This document shows, in pieces, positions 40,060-49,734 of a DNA stretch of 64,000 bases. The notes under the pieces are model-generated. The model was given only the letters and a program-made list of their open reading frames with translations, searched no databases and had not been told where the DNA came from. Numbering within the stretch: position 1 is the stretch's first letter; every line of letters begins with the position of its first letter. Origin of the DNA: an uncultured Candidatus Saccharibacteria bacterium (GTDB lineage: Bacteria; Patescibacteriota; Minisyncoccia; Phycocordibacterales; EsbW-18); assembly GCA_964478705.1 (NCBI GenBank), contig CAYZIR010000002.1:23760-87759 (forward strand), read 5' to 3'. The position numbers were made by a program, and so were the translations under genes.

Positions 40060-41462
40060 ACCCACGCACACTCATCAAAGATCTCTCAGACCATGTTGGT
40101 AAAGAAGTATATTTTTCTGGATTCGTTCACGCGCGTCGTGACCATGGAAAAATTGTTTTCTTCGATATGCGCGACGAGACAGGGCACGTACAGACTGTTA
40201 TCTCAAGCAAAAATGAAGCTGTGTTCGCGTCAATCAACGATGTGCGCAGTGAGTGGGTACTTACGATCAAAGGTTTGGTTAAAGCGCGTCCGGAAAAGCT
40301 CGTGAACGTTGATGAGGCGAATGGTGGCATCGAGGTTGAAGCGCTTGAAGTGGAAGTGTTGAACAAAGCGAACACACCACCATTTGACCCGACAGCGGAC
40401 ACCGCAGGTATCAACGAGGAAACCCGTCTCCAGTATCGCTACATTGACCTTCGTTCGGAGCGTATGCAAAAGAATATTCGATTGCGAAGCGAGTGGGTGC
40501 GTCGCTGCCGTGACTACCTCTTCGGCGAGCGATTTGTCGAGATTGAAACACCGCTCCTCACACAATCAACGCCTGAAGGTTCACGCGACTTCATCATCCC
40601 ATCACGCCACAACCCCGGCACCTTCTACGCGCTTCCGCAGTCACCTCAGCAATACAAGCAACTCCTCATGGCATCAGGCTTCGAGCGATACTTCCAAGTC
40701 GCACGCTGTGTACGCGACGAAGACCTCCGTGCTGACCGTGGCTATGAATTCACACAAATCGACCTCGAGATGGCGTTCGTGACCAAAGAGGATGTCATGC
40801 AGACGGTTGAAGCAATGGTGACCTCTGCTGCAGAAGCGATGGGCTTCACTATCAAGGAAAAGCCATTCCCACGCATTTCATACAAAGACGCAATGGCGAA
40901 GTACGGTGCAGACAAATTCGATATGCGCACTGAAGAAGACAAAGCAAACGGCGTCCTCGCATACGCGTGGGTTGTTGATTTCCCATTCTTCGAGAAGACC
41001 GACGAAGGGAAGTGGACGTTCACCCACAATCCATTCTCGATGCCAGCTCCAGAGCACCTCGAGTGGCACATGAAGGGCGAGCATCTTGAAGACATCATCA
41101 CCCAGCAGTACGACCTAGTATGCAACGGCTTTGAGTCAGGCGGGGGAAGCATCCGTGCGCACCAGCCAGAAATCTTACGCGCTACCTACAAGAACATGGG
41201 CTACACAGACCTCGAAATTGAAGAAAGTGTCGGCCATATGCTCGAAGCGTTCGGGTATGGTGTTCCACCGCACGGCGGTATCGCGCTTGGTGTTGAGCGA
41301 AACATCATGAACCTTTCGGGAGAATCATACCTCCGTGAAGTACAGCCATTCCCGATGACCGGACGTGGCAAGACCGCAATCATGAACGCACCAACACCGG
41401 CAACACCGGAACAATTGAAAGAACTCGGCCTCTTGGTCGTGAAGAAAGAAGAGAAGAAATAA
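40056..41462 (+). CDS. aspS: aspartate--tRNA ligase (compact, GAD insert largely absent)
   Basis: RRDHG OB fold, YALPQSPQQYKQ, RDEDLRADR, PPHGGIALG. Confidence 0.95.
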   Translation: MNPRTLIKDLSDHVGKEVYFSGFVHARRDHGKIVFFDMRDETGHVQTVISSKNEAVFASINDVRSEWVLTIKGLVKARPEKLVNVDEANGGIEVEALEVEVLNKANTPPFDPTADTAGINEETRLQYRYIDLRSERMQKNIRLRSEWVRRCRDYLFGERFVEIETPLLTQSTPEGSRDFIIPSRHNPGTFYALPQSPQQYKQLLMASGFERYFQVARCVRDEDLRADRGYEFTQIDLEMAFVTKEDVMQTVEAMVTSAAEAMGFTIKEKPFPRISYKDAMAKYGADKFDMRTEEDKANGVLAYAWVVDFPFFEKTDEGKWTFTHNPFSMPAPEHLEWHMKGEHLEDIITQQYDLVCNGFESGGGSIRAHQPEILRATYKNMGYTDLEIEESVGHMLEAFGYGVPPHGGIALGVERNIMNLSGESYLREVQPFPMTGRGKTAIMNAPTPATPEQLKELGLLVVKKEEKK

Positions 41463-41466
41463 ACCT

Positions 41467-41727
41467 ATGCGTAAAGCCTTTGGTTGTATCTTGGGGAGTT
41501 TGACGATACTCTGTGCGATTGTTCTTGTTCTACTCTCCTTCAGCGTCTATGAAAGAAAGCTTTATTATGACAAAGGAGTTGTCGGACCACGTGTAGAAGT
41601 TGGTGGCACTGATCTTTCGGTACGCCAAGAGTGTCTGACAAGAAACCGAATCCCTTGGGAAATTGACGACGGAATTCTCTATGTCAGTGAACAAGATTTT
41701 GACAGTGTGATCAGCGCATGCGCATAA
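41467..41727 (+). CDS. small membrane-anchored hypothetical protein
   Basis: N-terminal hydrophobic helix; fills the aspS-scpA gap. Confidence 0.55.
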   Translation: MRKAFGCILGSLTILCAIVLVLLSFSVYERKLYYDKGVVGPRVEVGGTDLSVRQECLTRNRIPWEIDDGILYVSEQDFDSVISACA

Positions 41728-41757
41728 TTCTCTTTATTCCTAGGGTATAATAAGACA

Positions 41758-42510
41758 ATGAGTTTCGCAGTCAAAACTCCTGTCTTTGAAGGTCCGCTTG
41801 ATCTGTTGCTTTCGCTTATCGAAAAACGGAAGCTTTTGATCAACGACGTGTCGCTCGCATCCGTTGCGGACGATTATATGGCACACCTCCAAACGACTGA
41901 GAAGTTCCCGACACACGATGTCGCTCAATTTGTGCTCATTGCTTCAACCTTGGTGTTGATTAAGTCACGCTCGTTGCTACCAGAATTCATCTTAAGTAGC
42001 GAAGAAGAATCGGATGTGAAGGAGCTCGAACGACGATTACAGATGTATAAAATCATTCAAGAAGCGTCCCAGAGTCTTCGTGTTCGATTTGGCAAAGCCG
42101 TGTTGCATGAGAGCGTGCGTTCCGCATCAATGGATACGATGATATTTGCTCCGCATGCGGGCATCACACAAAGCGCACTACGAACCGCGGTCGATTGGAT
42201 TATCGCGCGATTTCCAAAAGTTGAAGCACTCAAGAAGACCGTCGTCGAAAAAATCATGAGTCTTGAAGACATGATGACAACATTGTCTGGCCGTATCCGC
42301 TCAGCGATCAAACTTCGCTTCAGTGACTTTGCAAAATCAGCATCAGCGCATGGAAAAACAGAACGGGAAGTGAAGGTGAACACCATCGTCTCATTTTTGG
42401 CGATGCTCGAATTGGTGAAGCAGGGTATACTGATGGTCGAACAGCGCGGTCTTTTTGCCGATATCGATATGGAACCGCACGCTGTCGCAACGCCGGACTA
42501 TTCTTCCTAA
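41758..42510 (+). CDS. scpA: segregation/condensation protein A
   Basis: FEGPLDLLL, IKSRSLLP, FLAMLELVK. Confidence 0.95.
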   Translation: MSFAVKTPVFEGPLDLLLSLIEKRKLLINDVSLASVADDYMAHLQTTEKFPTHDVAQFVLIASTLVLIKSRSLLPEFILSSEEESDVKELERRLQMYKIIQEASQSLRVRFGKAVLHESVRSASMDTMIFAPHAGITQSALRTAVDWIIARFPKVEALKKTVVEKIMSLEDMMTTLSGRIRSAIKLRFSDFAKSASAHGKTEREVKVNTIVSFLAMLELVKQGILMVEQRGLFADIDMEPHAVATPDYSS

Positions 42511-42512
42511 CA

Positions 42513-43100
42513 ATGAATCTCTCAAACACCATCGAATCAATACTTTTTTTCAAGGGTGAGCCACTTTCTATCAAAGAGTTGGCGAAGCTTTCAGGCGCAT
42601 CACCTGAAGAGGTTCGAAATGCACTCACTACATTAGGAGAGAGTCTTACGGGACGGGGGGTTGTTCTCGTACAAACCGATGACGAGGTGGCTCTTCGCAC
42701 AGCGCCTGAGAGTGCAGAACTTATTGAGCAACTGCGCAAAGACGAGCTTGAGAAGGATATCGGAAAGGCTGGCCTTGAGACGCTCGCAGTCGTTCTCTAT
42801 CAAGGCCCGGTGACCCGCGCGCACATCGACCACGTACGCGGTGTGAACTCAGCATTCATTGTTCGAAATCTTATGATTCGTGGACTGATTGAACGCGTTG
42901 ACAACCCACACGATCAGCGAAGTTTCCTTTACAAACCAACGCTCGAATTGTTATCGTTTCTAGGCGTCCCTTCGCGCGAAGCACTTCCTGATTGGGAGCA
43001 TGTCCGTAACGCGCTTGGAGCACTTGATGCCGTACCAATAGAAAACGATACACCTAATGCCACCACTACAGCAGACACCACAACCGGAGGAGCGGAATAA
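42513..43100 (+). CDS. scpB: segregation/condensation protein B
   Basis: IESILF, LETLAVVLY.GPVTRA.ID.VRGVNS. Confidence 0.95.
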   Translation: MNLSNTIESILFFKGEPLSIKELAKLSGASPEEVRNALTTLGESLTGRGVVLVQTDDEVALRTAPESAELIEQLRKDELEKDIGKAGLETLAVVLYQGPVTRAHIDHVRGVNSAFIVRNLMIRGLIERVDNPHDQRSFLYKPTLELLSFLGVPSREALPDWEHVRNALGALDAVPIENDTPNATTTADTTTGGAE

Positions 43101-43992
43101 TACAGCGCTCATTTTAACTGGACTCTTATGTATCCTTCTCATCGGAGCAGGGGTCTATTTTTCAACGTACCGACGAAGCGGTCGTACCGATATCCCCGCA
43201 GAAACAAATTCATCGACAGTGACCGATACCAAATGGGACACACTGACGCTTGAAGCACAGGCGGTGTATGTGCTCGATGCGCGAAATCGAGAGCCATTAT
43301 TTGCAAAAAACAGCGACACACCTCTCCCATTGGCATCACTCACGAAGCTACTCACCGCACTCGTCGCTCTTACCACGCTCCCTGAAGATACCCTTGTCAC
43401 AATCGATGCATCATCGCTTCTCACCGAAGGGGACAGTGGACTTGTGGCAGGAGAAACATTCGCACTCAACGATTTGGTTGCGTTCATGCTTGTGGTTTCA
43501 TCGAATGACGCTGCAACAGCACTGCGCCATGCATATGAATCGAAAACCGGTGGTTCTTTTATAACCGCAATGAATGCTGAAAGTGAGCGCTTGGGACTCT
43601 CGTTAAGCTTCCAAAATGAAACAGGGCTCGATGTCGGAGAGATTCCAGCAAATATGGGAAGTGCCCGCGATGTTGCTTTTTTGATGGCAGAAACACTTCG
43701 TCGAATACCCGATGCGCTCGATGCAAGTCGAAACGATTCATTTGTGCTGATCTCACGGGAGGGGAATCGACACGCTGTTAAAAGTACCAACATGATTGCC
43801 AACGATATTCCATGGTCACTCGGCGCAAAAACTGGCTTCACTGACAGCGCGGGAGGCAATCTTGCAATCTCACTTGATACATCAATCGGGTATCCTGTCG
43901 TTATCGTCGTACTTGGCTCAAGTAAGGAGGGGCGTTTCAGTGATGTAACGCAACTCGTTAACGCGACTCTTCACGGTGCGAGCCAAAAATAA
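43057..43992 (+). CDS. D-alanyl-D-alanine carboxypeptidase (S11)
   Basis: SLTK, SSN, KTG motifs; start uncertain. Confidence 0.88.
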   Translation: MPPLQQTPQPEERNNTALILTGLLCILLIGAGVYFSTYRRSGRTDIPAETNSSTVTDTKWDTLTLEAQAVYVLDARNREPLFAKNSDTPLPLASLTKLLTALVALTTLPEDTLVTIDASSLLTEGDSGLVAGETFALNDLVAFMLVVSSNDAATALRHAYESKTGGSFITAMNAESERLGLSLSFQNETGLDVGEIPANMGSARDVAFLMAETLRRIPDALDASRNDSFVLISREGNRHAVKSTNMIANDIPWSLGAKTGFTDSAGGNLAISLDTSIGYPVVIVVLGSSKEGRFSDVTQLVNATLHGASQK

Positions 43993-44013
43993 AGTGCTAC
44001 ACTACTCATATCT

Positions 44014-45078
44014 ATGGAGCTGGATATCGTTAAAGTCATCGCACCGGCAACAGTCTCGTTTATTGTTGGTATTGGCATAACGCCACTCGTTACACACTAT
44101 CTCTACAAATACCGAGCATGGAAAAAACGTGCGGGAAACACGAAGGGGGTCGGTGATATCGAAGGGGTATCAGGGACGCCAATTTTTAACGAATTGCACA
44201 AAGATAAAGAAGTTGGGACGCCACGTATGGGAGGGCTGGTGGTGGTTATCGCTGTCACCGTCACTATTGCGCTCTTTTGGTTGATATCGTTTATCACATC
44301 GGGCGGTCCATCAGGAAAAATCGACTTCCTTTCCCGCGCTCAAACATGGCTTCCATTCGCCGGCTTTATTCTTGGCGCAATTGTTGGCTTCATTGAAGAT
44401 CTTGTGGTCATTGGTGTCTCACGACGTTTTCCTGACGGTCTACCATTTTCATATCGTGCCGCACCGATACTTCTTTTTGGTGTTTTTGTTGCATGGTGGT
44501 TTTATGCAAAGCTCGGCATGACAGCCGTTTTCGTCCCATTGTATGGTTTTTTTGATCTCGGCATCTGGTTTATTCCGTTCTTTCTTTTTGTTCTTCTCTC
44601 AATTCTTGCATCTGGCGTCATCGACGGTATCGACGGTCTTGCGGGTGGTGTACTTGCGATTGTATTTTCTGCGATTGGTATCATTGCGTTTTTTGGAGCA
44701 CACATCGATGCATCAGCGTTTTCGTTTGTAATCGCTGGAGGACTTCTCGCATTCTTATGGTTCAATATTCCGCCCGCTCGCTTCTATCTGACCGAAACAG
44801 GATTCATTGCGCTTGCTCTTGCACTCACTATTCTTGCGTTTTTAACTGATACAGTCGTTCTCCTTCCAATTATTGCATTCATCCAATTCATCACTGTCGT
44901 CACCAACGTACTCCAGGTTGCATCGAAAAAACTCCGCGGAAAAAAGATATTCCGTATCGCACCAATTCATCACCATTTTGAAGCTATCGGTTGGCCTTCC
45001 TACAAAGTTGTAATGCGCTATTGGGTCATCTCAGTCATCTGCGCATTCATCGGTGTTATTATTGCGCTCGTCGGGTGA
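44014..45078 (+). CDS. mraY: phospho-N-acetylmuramoyl-pentapeptide transferase
   Basis: GTPRMGG, DGIDGLA, APIHHHFE. Confidence 0.93.
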   Translation: MELDIVKVIAPATVSFIVGIGITPLVTHYLYKYRAWKKRAGNTKGVGDIEGVSGTPIFNELHKDKEVGTPRMGGLVVVIAVTVTIALFWLISFITSGGPSGKIDFLSRAQTWLPFAGFILGAIVGFIEDLVVIGVSRRFPDGLPFSYRAAPILLFGVFVAWWFYAKLGMTAVFVPLYGFFDLGIWFIPFFLFVLLSILASGVIDGIDGLAGGVLAIVFSAIGIIAFFGAHIDASAFSFVIAGGLLAFLWFNIPPARFYLTETGFIALALALTILAFLTDTVVLLPIIAFIQFITVVTNVLQVASKKLRGKKIFRIAPIHHHFEAIGWPSYKVVMRYWVISVICAFIGVIIALVG

Positions 45079-45092
45079 TTGCCTCCTGTTCT

Positions 45093-46205
45093 ATGCGAAA
45101 AAAAATCGATTCTGTCTTTCTCACCATTACACTCTTGCTCACCGGTGTCGGTTTTTTCATTTTTATCTCAGCACTCCTAGGACTCCTTGCGCGTGAAGGG
45201 GGACGATTCTCAGGACTTGCCATCAACCAAGGGCTTTCACTTCTTATCGGACTCGTGCTTTTGTACGCCATGTACCGCATCAAATACACGGTATGGAATA
45301 GATATGCGTTTTATGTTTTTCTTGGAAGCGTCTTGGCGTGTGCGCTCGTCTTCATCCCTTTTTTCGGCTTTGAGCATGGTGGCGCTCGTCGATGGATTGT
45401 TGTCGGAGGGTTTTCATTTCAACCTGCTGAACTTTTGAAATTTGGTTTCGTGCTTTACCTTGCGGCGTGGTATGCGATGGTCAAAACAAAAATTGCGACA
45501 TGGGTGTACGGCATAGGGCCACTCGCAGGACTTCTCGGAATTTCGCTCGTCATGCTCGCTCTGCAACCTGACTTTGGAACAGCTATCATTCTCTCGATTA
45601 CTGGGCTCGTTATGTACTTTGTCGCTGGAGGTGGATGGAAGCATACCGGAGCAATCATTGGTGCAGGATTACTCTTTGTCACACTTCTTGGACTATTCGT
45701 GCCATACATCAAAGACCGCGTGCTTACCTTCGCTGACCCCTCTCGTGATCCACAAGGCGCAGGCTATCAAATCCAACAGTCACTGATTGCAATCGGTTCG
45801 GGCGAAATCGCTGGTAGGGGATTCGGCCAGAGTATTCAGAAATTCAATTTTCTTCCTGAGCCGATTGGTGACTCGATTTTTGCGGTCTTCGCCGAAGAGT
45901 GGGGATTTATTGGAAGCGCCCTCTTGATTGCACTCTTTCTCTCGTTTCTTTTGCGAGGGTATAGAATTGCCCAAGAAGCGCCCAATCAGTTTTCACGCTT
46001 AGTGGTGATTGGTTTTGTTACCATGATTGTCACGCAATCATTCGTGAACATTGCATCAATGCTTGGCATCTTTCCTTTGACAGGGGATCCATTGGTATTC
46101 GTCAGTCAGGGAGGATCATCGCTCATCATGGCGCTCACCGCCTCTGGCATCATTCTTAATATTTCAGGATATACCAAATCTCCAGATCCATTTACTGCAA
46201 GATAA
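45093..46205 (+). CDS. ftsW: SEDS glycosyltransferase FtsW
   Basis: GARRWI, FQPAELLK, QPDFGT, FAEEWGF; mraY-murG context. Confidence 0.9.
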   Translation: MRKKIDSVFLTITLLLTGVGFFIFISALLGLLAREGGRFSGLAINQGLSLLIGLVLLYAMYRIKYTVWNRYAFYVFLGSVLACALVFIPFFGFEHGGARRWIVVGGFSFQPAELLKFGFVLYLAAWYAMVKTKIATWVYGIGPLAGLLGISLVMLALQPDFGTAIILSITGLVMYFVAGGGWKHTGAIIGAGLLFVTLLGLFVPYIKDRVLTFADPSRDPQGAGYQIQQSLIAIGSGEIAGRGFGQSIQKFNFLPEPIGDSIFAVFAEEWGFIGSALLIALFLSFLLRGYRIAQEAPNQFSRLVVIGFVTMIVTQSFVNIASMLGIFPLTGDPLVFVSQGGSSLIMALTASGIILNISGYTKSPDPFTAR

Positions 46206-46209
46206 GTCT

Positions 46210-46737
46210 ATGAAAAAAGTTCTTCTTTTCCCTGGGGCATTCAATCCACCTCACCTAGGACATGTAGCGATTCTTGAGCTGGCACTTAAAAGTGAATCGT
46301 TCGACGAAATTTGGATCATTCCATCAGGAAACCGGGATGATAAGGTCATTTCAACAACCTACGAGAATCGCCGTAATCTTGGTAATCTTTTTACCAAATT
46401 TCTTCAAACAAAGATTTCTACACCAATCAAATTGGTGACTGATGAGCTTGATGACACAACCGGTAGATACACACAAGAAATATTAGGAGAGATCAAATCA
46501 CGACGCGATATACAAACGATACAACTTATCGGATCTGACGGCATGTCGAAGCTTCAAGAGTCACCTAATGAGGAACTAAACACGAAAGACTTTATTGTGG
46601 TACCACGAGATGCCACAAATATCTCAAGTACTCAAATACGCGCCATGATAGAAAAAGGGGATGTGGGTTATCGAAATCTTGTTCCTGAGGAGATCGCCGA
46701 CTATATTAAGATACACGGACTGTACCAGACGAAATAA
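46210..46737 (+). CDS. NadD-like nucleotidyltransferase
   Basis: GAFNPPHLGH, IGSD, ISSTQIR, YIKIHGLY. Confidence 0.75.
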   Translation: MKKVLLFPGAFNPPHLGHVAILELALKSESFDEIWIIPSGNRDDKVISTTYENRRNLGNLFTKFLQTKISTPIKLVTDELDDTTGRYTQEILGEIKSRRDIQTIQLIGSDGMSKLQESPNEELNTKDFIVVPRDATNISSTQIRAMIEKGDVGYRNLVPEEIADYIKIHGLYQTK

Positions 46738-46761
46738 GCTCTTTTTGCTACACTGTATCGT

Positions 46762-47916
46762 ATGAAAATCGTATTAACCGGAGGAGGTTCAGGAGGACAT
46801 TTCTACCCTCTGATTGCCGTTGCGGAAGAAATCCGCCGTATTGCACGAGAAGAACACCTTCTTGAACCGACCCTTATCTACATGGCTGAGTCTGCATACG
46901 ATAAAGACGCGCTCTTTGAACACGATATTGAATTCAAGAAAGCCACCTCAGGAAAGCGTCGTGAATATGCATCGGTTCAAAACTTCTTTGATCTTTTCAA
47001 GCTCGGATGGGGGACACTACAAGCGTTGGTCAAGCTTTTCTTTATATTTCCTGACGTTGTATTCAGTAAAGGCGGATACGTGAGCGTGCCGATACTTATT
47101 GCCGCACGTTTTTTTGGCATTCCTGTCATCATCCATGAATCAGACAGTGTTATCGGTAAAGCGAGCGCATGGTCAGCACGCTTCGCAAAACGCATTGCGA
47201 TTTCATATCCTGAGACAGCGCTTGAATTTCAAAAACTTCTTTCACCAAAAAACAGAGATGCAAAAATTGCAGTTACAGGAAATCCTGTCCGCACTGAAGT
47301 ACTCACTCCTGCACAGACCGGTGCGCGCGAATTCTTGAATCTCAAGGAAAATCTACCGGTTATTGTTGTCTTCGGAGGCTCACAGGGTGCCAAAGCGATC
47401 AACGAAATCATTGTTGAAGCACTTCCACAGTTAACTGAACGTGCCTATGTCATTCACCAGACAGGAAAGGATCATTTTGAGATTACCAAAGAAACCGCAC
47501 GCTTGGCACTTCCTGACGTACAGATGTTTGAACGATATAAACCATTTCCATTTTTGAATGTCCTCGCGCTTCGTATGACAGCGGGAGTTGCCGACATCAT
47601 CATCTCACGCGCAGGATCGGGAGGAATTTTTGAAATCGCAGCGTGGGGCAAACCATCGCTTATCATCCCAATTCCTGAAGATGTAAGTAGAGATCAGAGA
47701 AGCAACGCCTTTTCTTATGCTCGCACCGGAGCTGCCATTGTGATGGAGCAGGCGAACCTTACCCCACATCTTATCGTCTCTGAAGTAACACGAATTCTCG
47801 ATGACGCACAACTTCGCGAACAAATGAGCAATGCAGCAAAAGCGTTCGCGCGCCCTGATGCATCCACAAAAATTGCACGAGAAATTCTTGACTTGGCACT
47901 TGAACACGAAAAATAA
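46762..47916 (+). CDS. murG: lipid II GlcNAc transferase MurG
   Basis: GGGSGGH, KGGYVS, GNPVR, GGSQGA, SRAGS. Confidence 0.95.
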   Translation: MKIVLTGGGSGGHFYPLIAVAEEIRRIAREEHLLEPTLIYMAESAYDKDALFEHDIEFKKATSGKRREYASVQNFFDLFKLGWGTLQALVKLFFIFPDVVFSKGGYVSVPILIAARFFGIPVIIHESDSVIGKASAWSARFAKRIAISYPETALEFQKLLSPKNRDAKIAVTGNPVRTEVLTPAQTGAREFLNLKENLPVIVVFGGSQGAKAINEIIVEALPQLTERAYVIHQTGKDHFEITKETARLALPDVQMFERYKPFPFLNVLALRMTAGVADIIISRAGSGGIFEIAAWGKPSLIIPIPEDVSRDQRSNAFSYARTGAAIVMEQANLTPHLIVSEVTRILDDAQLREQMSNAAKAFARPDASTKIAREILDLALEHEK

Positions 47917-47999
47917 GAGGCGCGGATTATAGCATCTGCCAGCAGGAACACGGTTCAGAAAGCCTATTTTTAGGCCTTTTTATTGAACCCTCAAAAGGC

Positions 48000-48027
48000 T
48001 TGACAAATGAAATGGAACTGCTATACT
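48000..48027 (+). promoter_or_regulatory. sigma70-type promoter
   Basis: TTGACA-16 nt-TATACT with TG extension. Confidence 0.75.
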
Positions 48028-48028
48028 A

Positions 48029-48378
48029 CCTCTGGAGGGTTGGTTGGCGCTGGAGACGTCCGACGCAATCTTCTTTCTTTGGATACACCAGCCTACGGGG
48101 TCCAAGGAATCTGACGTAAAAGAAAGGCTACTCGCGGGGGTGCTCTAATTGAGATTAGACTTGGCCACCCCTTCGAGGAATTTGTTCTTCCGGCACTTGT
48201 ACCCCTCGCGCAGAAACAAAAGCGGAGCTTACGGACAAGCCAGCCGACCAATGCCAAGTCACCCCCACCTTCATCTGTGTCCGGGAGGAAGGGGGTTCAG
48301 AGGCTCTGTCTAACTTTGTCTCTGCGTTGTGGACACGCTTTGCCCCCACGGCTCCTCCAAGCCGTGGGTTTTTCTTTT
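48029..48378 (+). ncRNA. candidate structured ncRNA 3 (~345 nt)
   Basis: Helix 48038-48048/48239-48249 with G-U pairs, several internal stems, terminator 48345-48378, no credible ORF. Confidence 0.6.
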
Positions 48379-48414
48379 ATCTGAAAGCATAAAAATTATG
48401 CTAAAATGGTTGTT

Positions 48415-49731
48415 ATGACCAAGGTTATTACACGCTTTCCACCGTCTCCGACAGGACTTTTTCATATCGGTAGCGCACGAACCGCACTTTTTAACTATCT
48501 TTTTGCACGCCAGAACAAGGGTGAGTTTTTGATGCGATTTGAAGACACCGACAAAGAGCGAAGCAAACGAGAGTTCGAGGACGATATCCTCAAAAGCCTC
48601 ACATGGCTTGGGATTACTGCAGACAATGCTGATATTCCTCGTCAATCTGAACGTACAGCACTCTATCAAGAGTACTTACAAAAACTGATTGCATCGGGTG
48701 GTGCATACGAGGGAGAAAAATCAGAGAAAGGGGAGGGAAACGTAATCCGTTTCAAAAATCCGAATACAACCATCACCTTCAGTGATGTCATTCGAGGCGA
48801 CGTGACGGTCGACACCACTGACCTCGGTGATTTTGTGATTGCACGAAGCGCAGACGAGCCAATCTACCACTTCACGGTTGTCGTCGATGACATCCTTGCA
48901 GGCGTCACTCACGTAATTCGCGGAGAAGATCATGTATCGAATACTCCACGCCAAATTTTGATCCTTGAAGCTCTTGGCGGAACACGACCGGTCTACGCAC
49001 ATATTCCACTCATCCTTGGTCCTGATAAAGCAAAACTTTCAAAACGCCACGGCGCTGCATCAGTGAACGAATATAAAGCACTTGGGTATCTCCCTGAAGC
49101 GATTATTAACCATCTCGGGCTTCTCGGATGGCATCCAAGCACCGATCAAGAGTTCTTTACCATAGAAGAGCTTACAGCACTTTTCACCATTGATCGTGTT
49201 CAAAAAGCGCCCGCGGTGTTTGATATCCAGAAATTAAACGATCTCAATCGCCAACACCTTGCAAAACTATCTAACGAGGACTTTCTTGCTGTTGCGGACC
49301 CATTCATTCCTCCATCGATTAATCGAGCAAACCTCATAAATTTGCTTCCAAGTATTCGTGAACGTGTGACACTGCTCTCAGAACTTCAAACACTGTTGAC
49401 GGACGGAGGAGAGCTTTCTTTTGCCTTTGGGCTCGGAACATACGACTCGGAAAAATTAATCTGGAAAGATAGTTCAAGGGAAGAAACGCTCGAGCATCTC
49501 GTCTACGTACAAAAAGTCATTGAAGATCTTCCTGACTCATGCGAATCATCTGTAGTAAAAAATGCCTTGTGGCCGTATGCGGAAGAAAAAGGAAAGGGGA
49601 ATGTGCTCTGGCCACTTCGTTTCGCGTTGACCGGTAAAGAAAAATCTCCTGATCCTTTCACCGTAGCAGGAATTCTTGGTAAAAAAGAAACGCTCGCTCG
49701 TATTGCATTCGCCATTCAATCTCTTGCATAA
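48415..49731 (+). CDS. gltX: glutamate--tRNA ligase
   Basis: RFPPSPTG.FHIG, RGEDH, KLSKR. Confidence 0.95.
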   Translation: MTKVITRFPPSPTGLFHIGSARTALFNYLFARQNKGEFLMRFEDTDKERSKREFEDDILKSLTWLGITADNADIPRQSERTALYQEYLQKLIASGGAYEGEKSEKGEGNVIRFKNPNTTITFSDVIRGDVTVDTTDLGDFVIARSADEPIYHFTVVVDDILAGVTHVIRGEDHVSNTPRQILILEALGGTRPVYAHIPLILGPDKAKLSKRHGAASVNEYKALGYLPEAIINHLGLLGWHPSTDQEFFTIEELTALFTIDRVQKAPAVFDIQKLNDLNRQHLAKLSNEDFLAVADPFIPPSINRANLINLLPSIRERVTLLSELQTLLTDGGELSFAFGLGTYDSEKLIWKDSSREETLEHLVYVQKVIEDLPDSCESSVVKNALWPYAEEKGKGNVLWPLRFALTGKEKSPDPFTVAGILGKKETLARIAFAIQSLA

Positions 49732-49734
49732 GTA

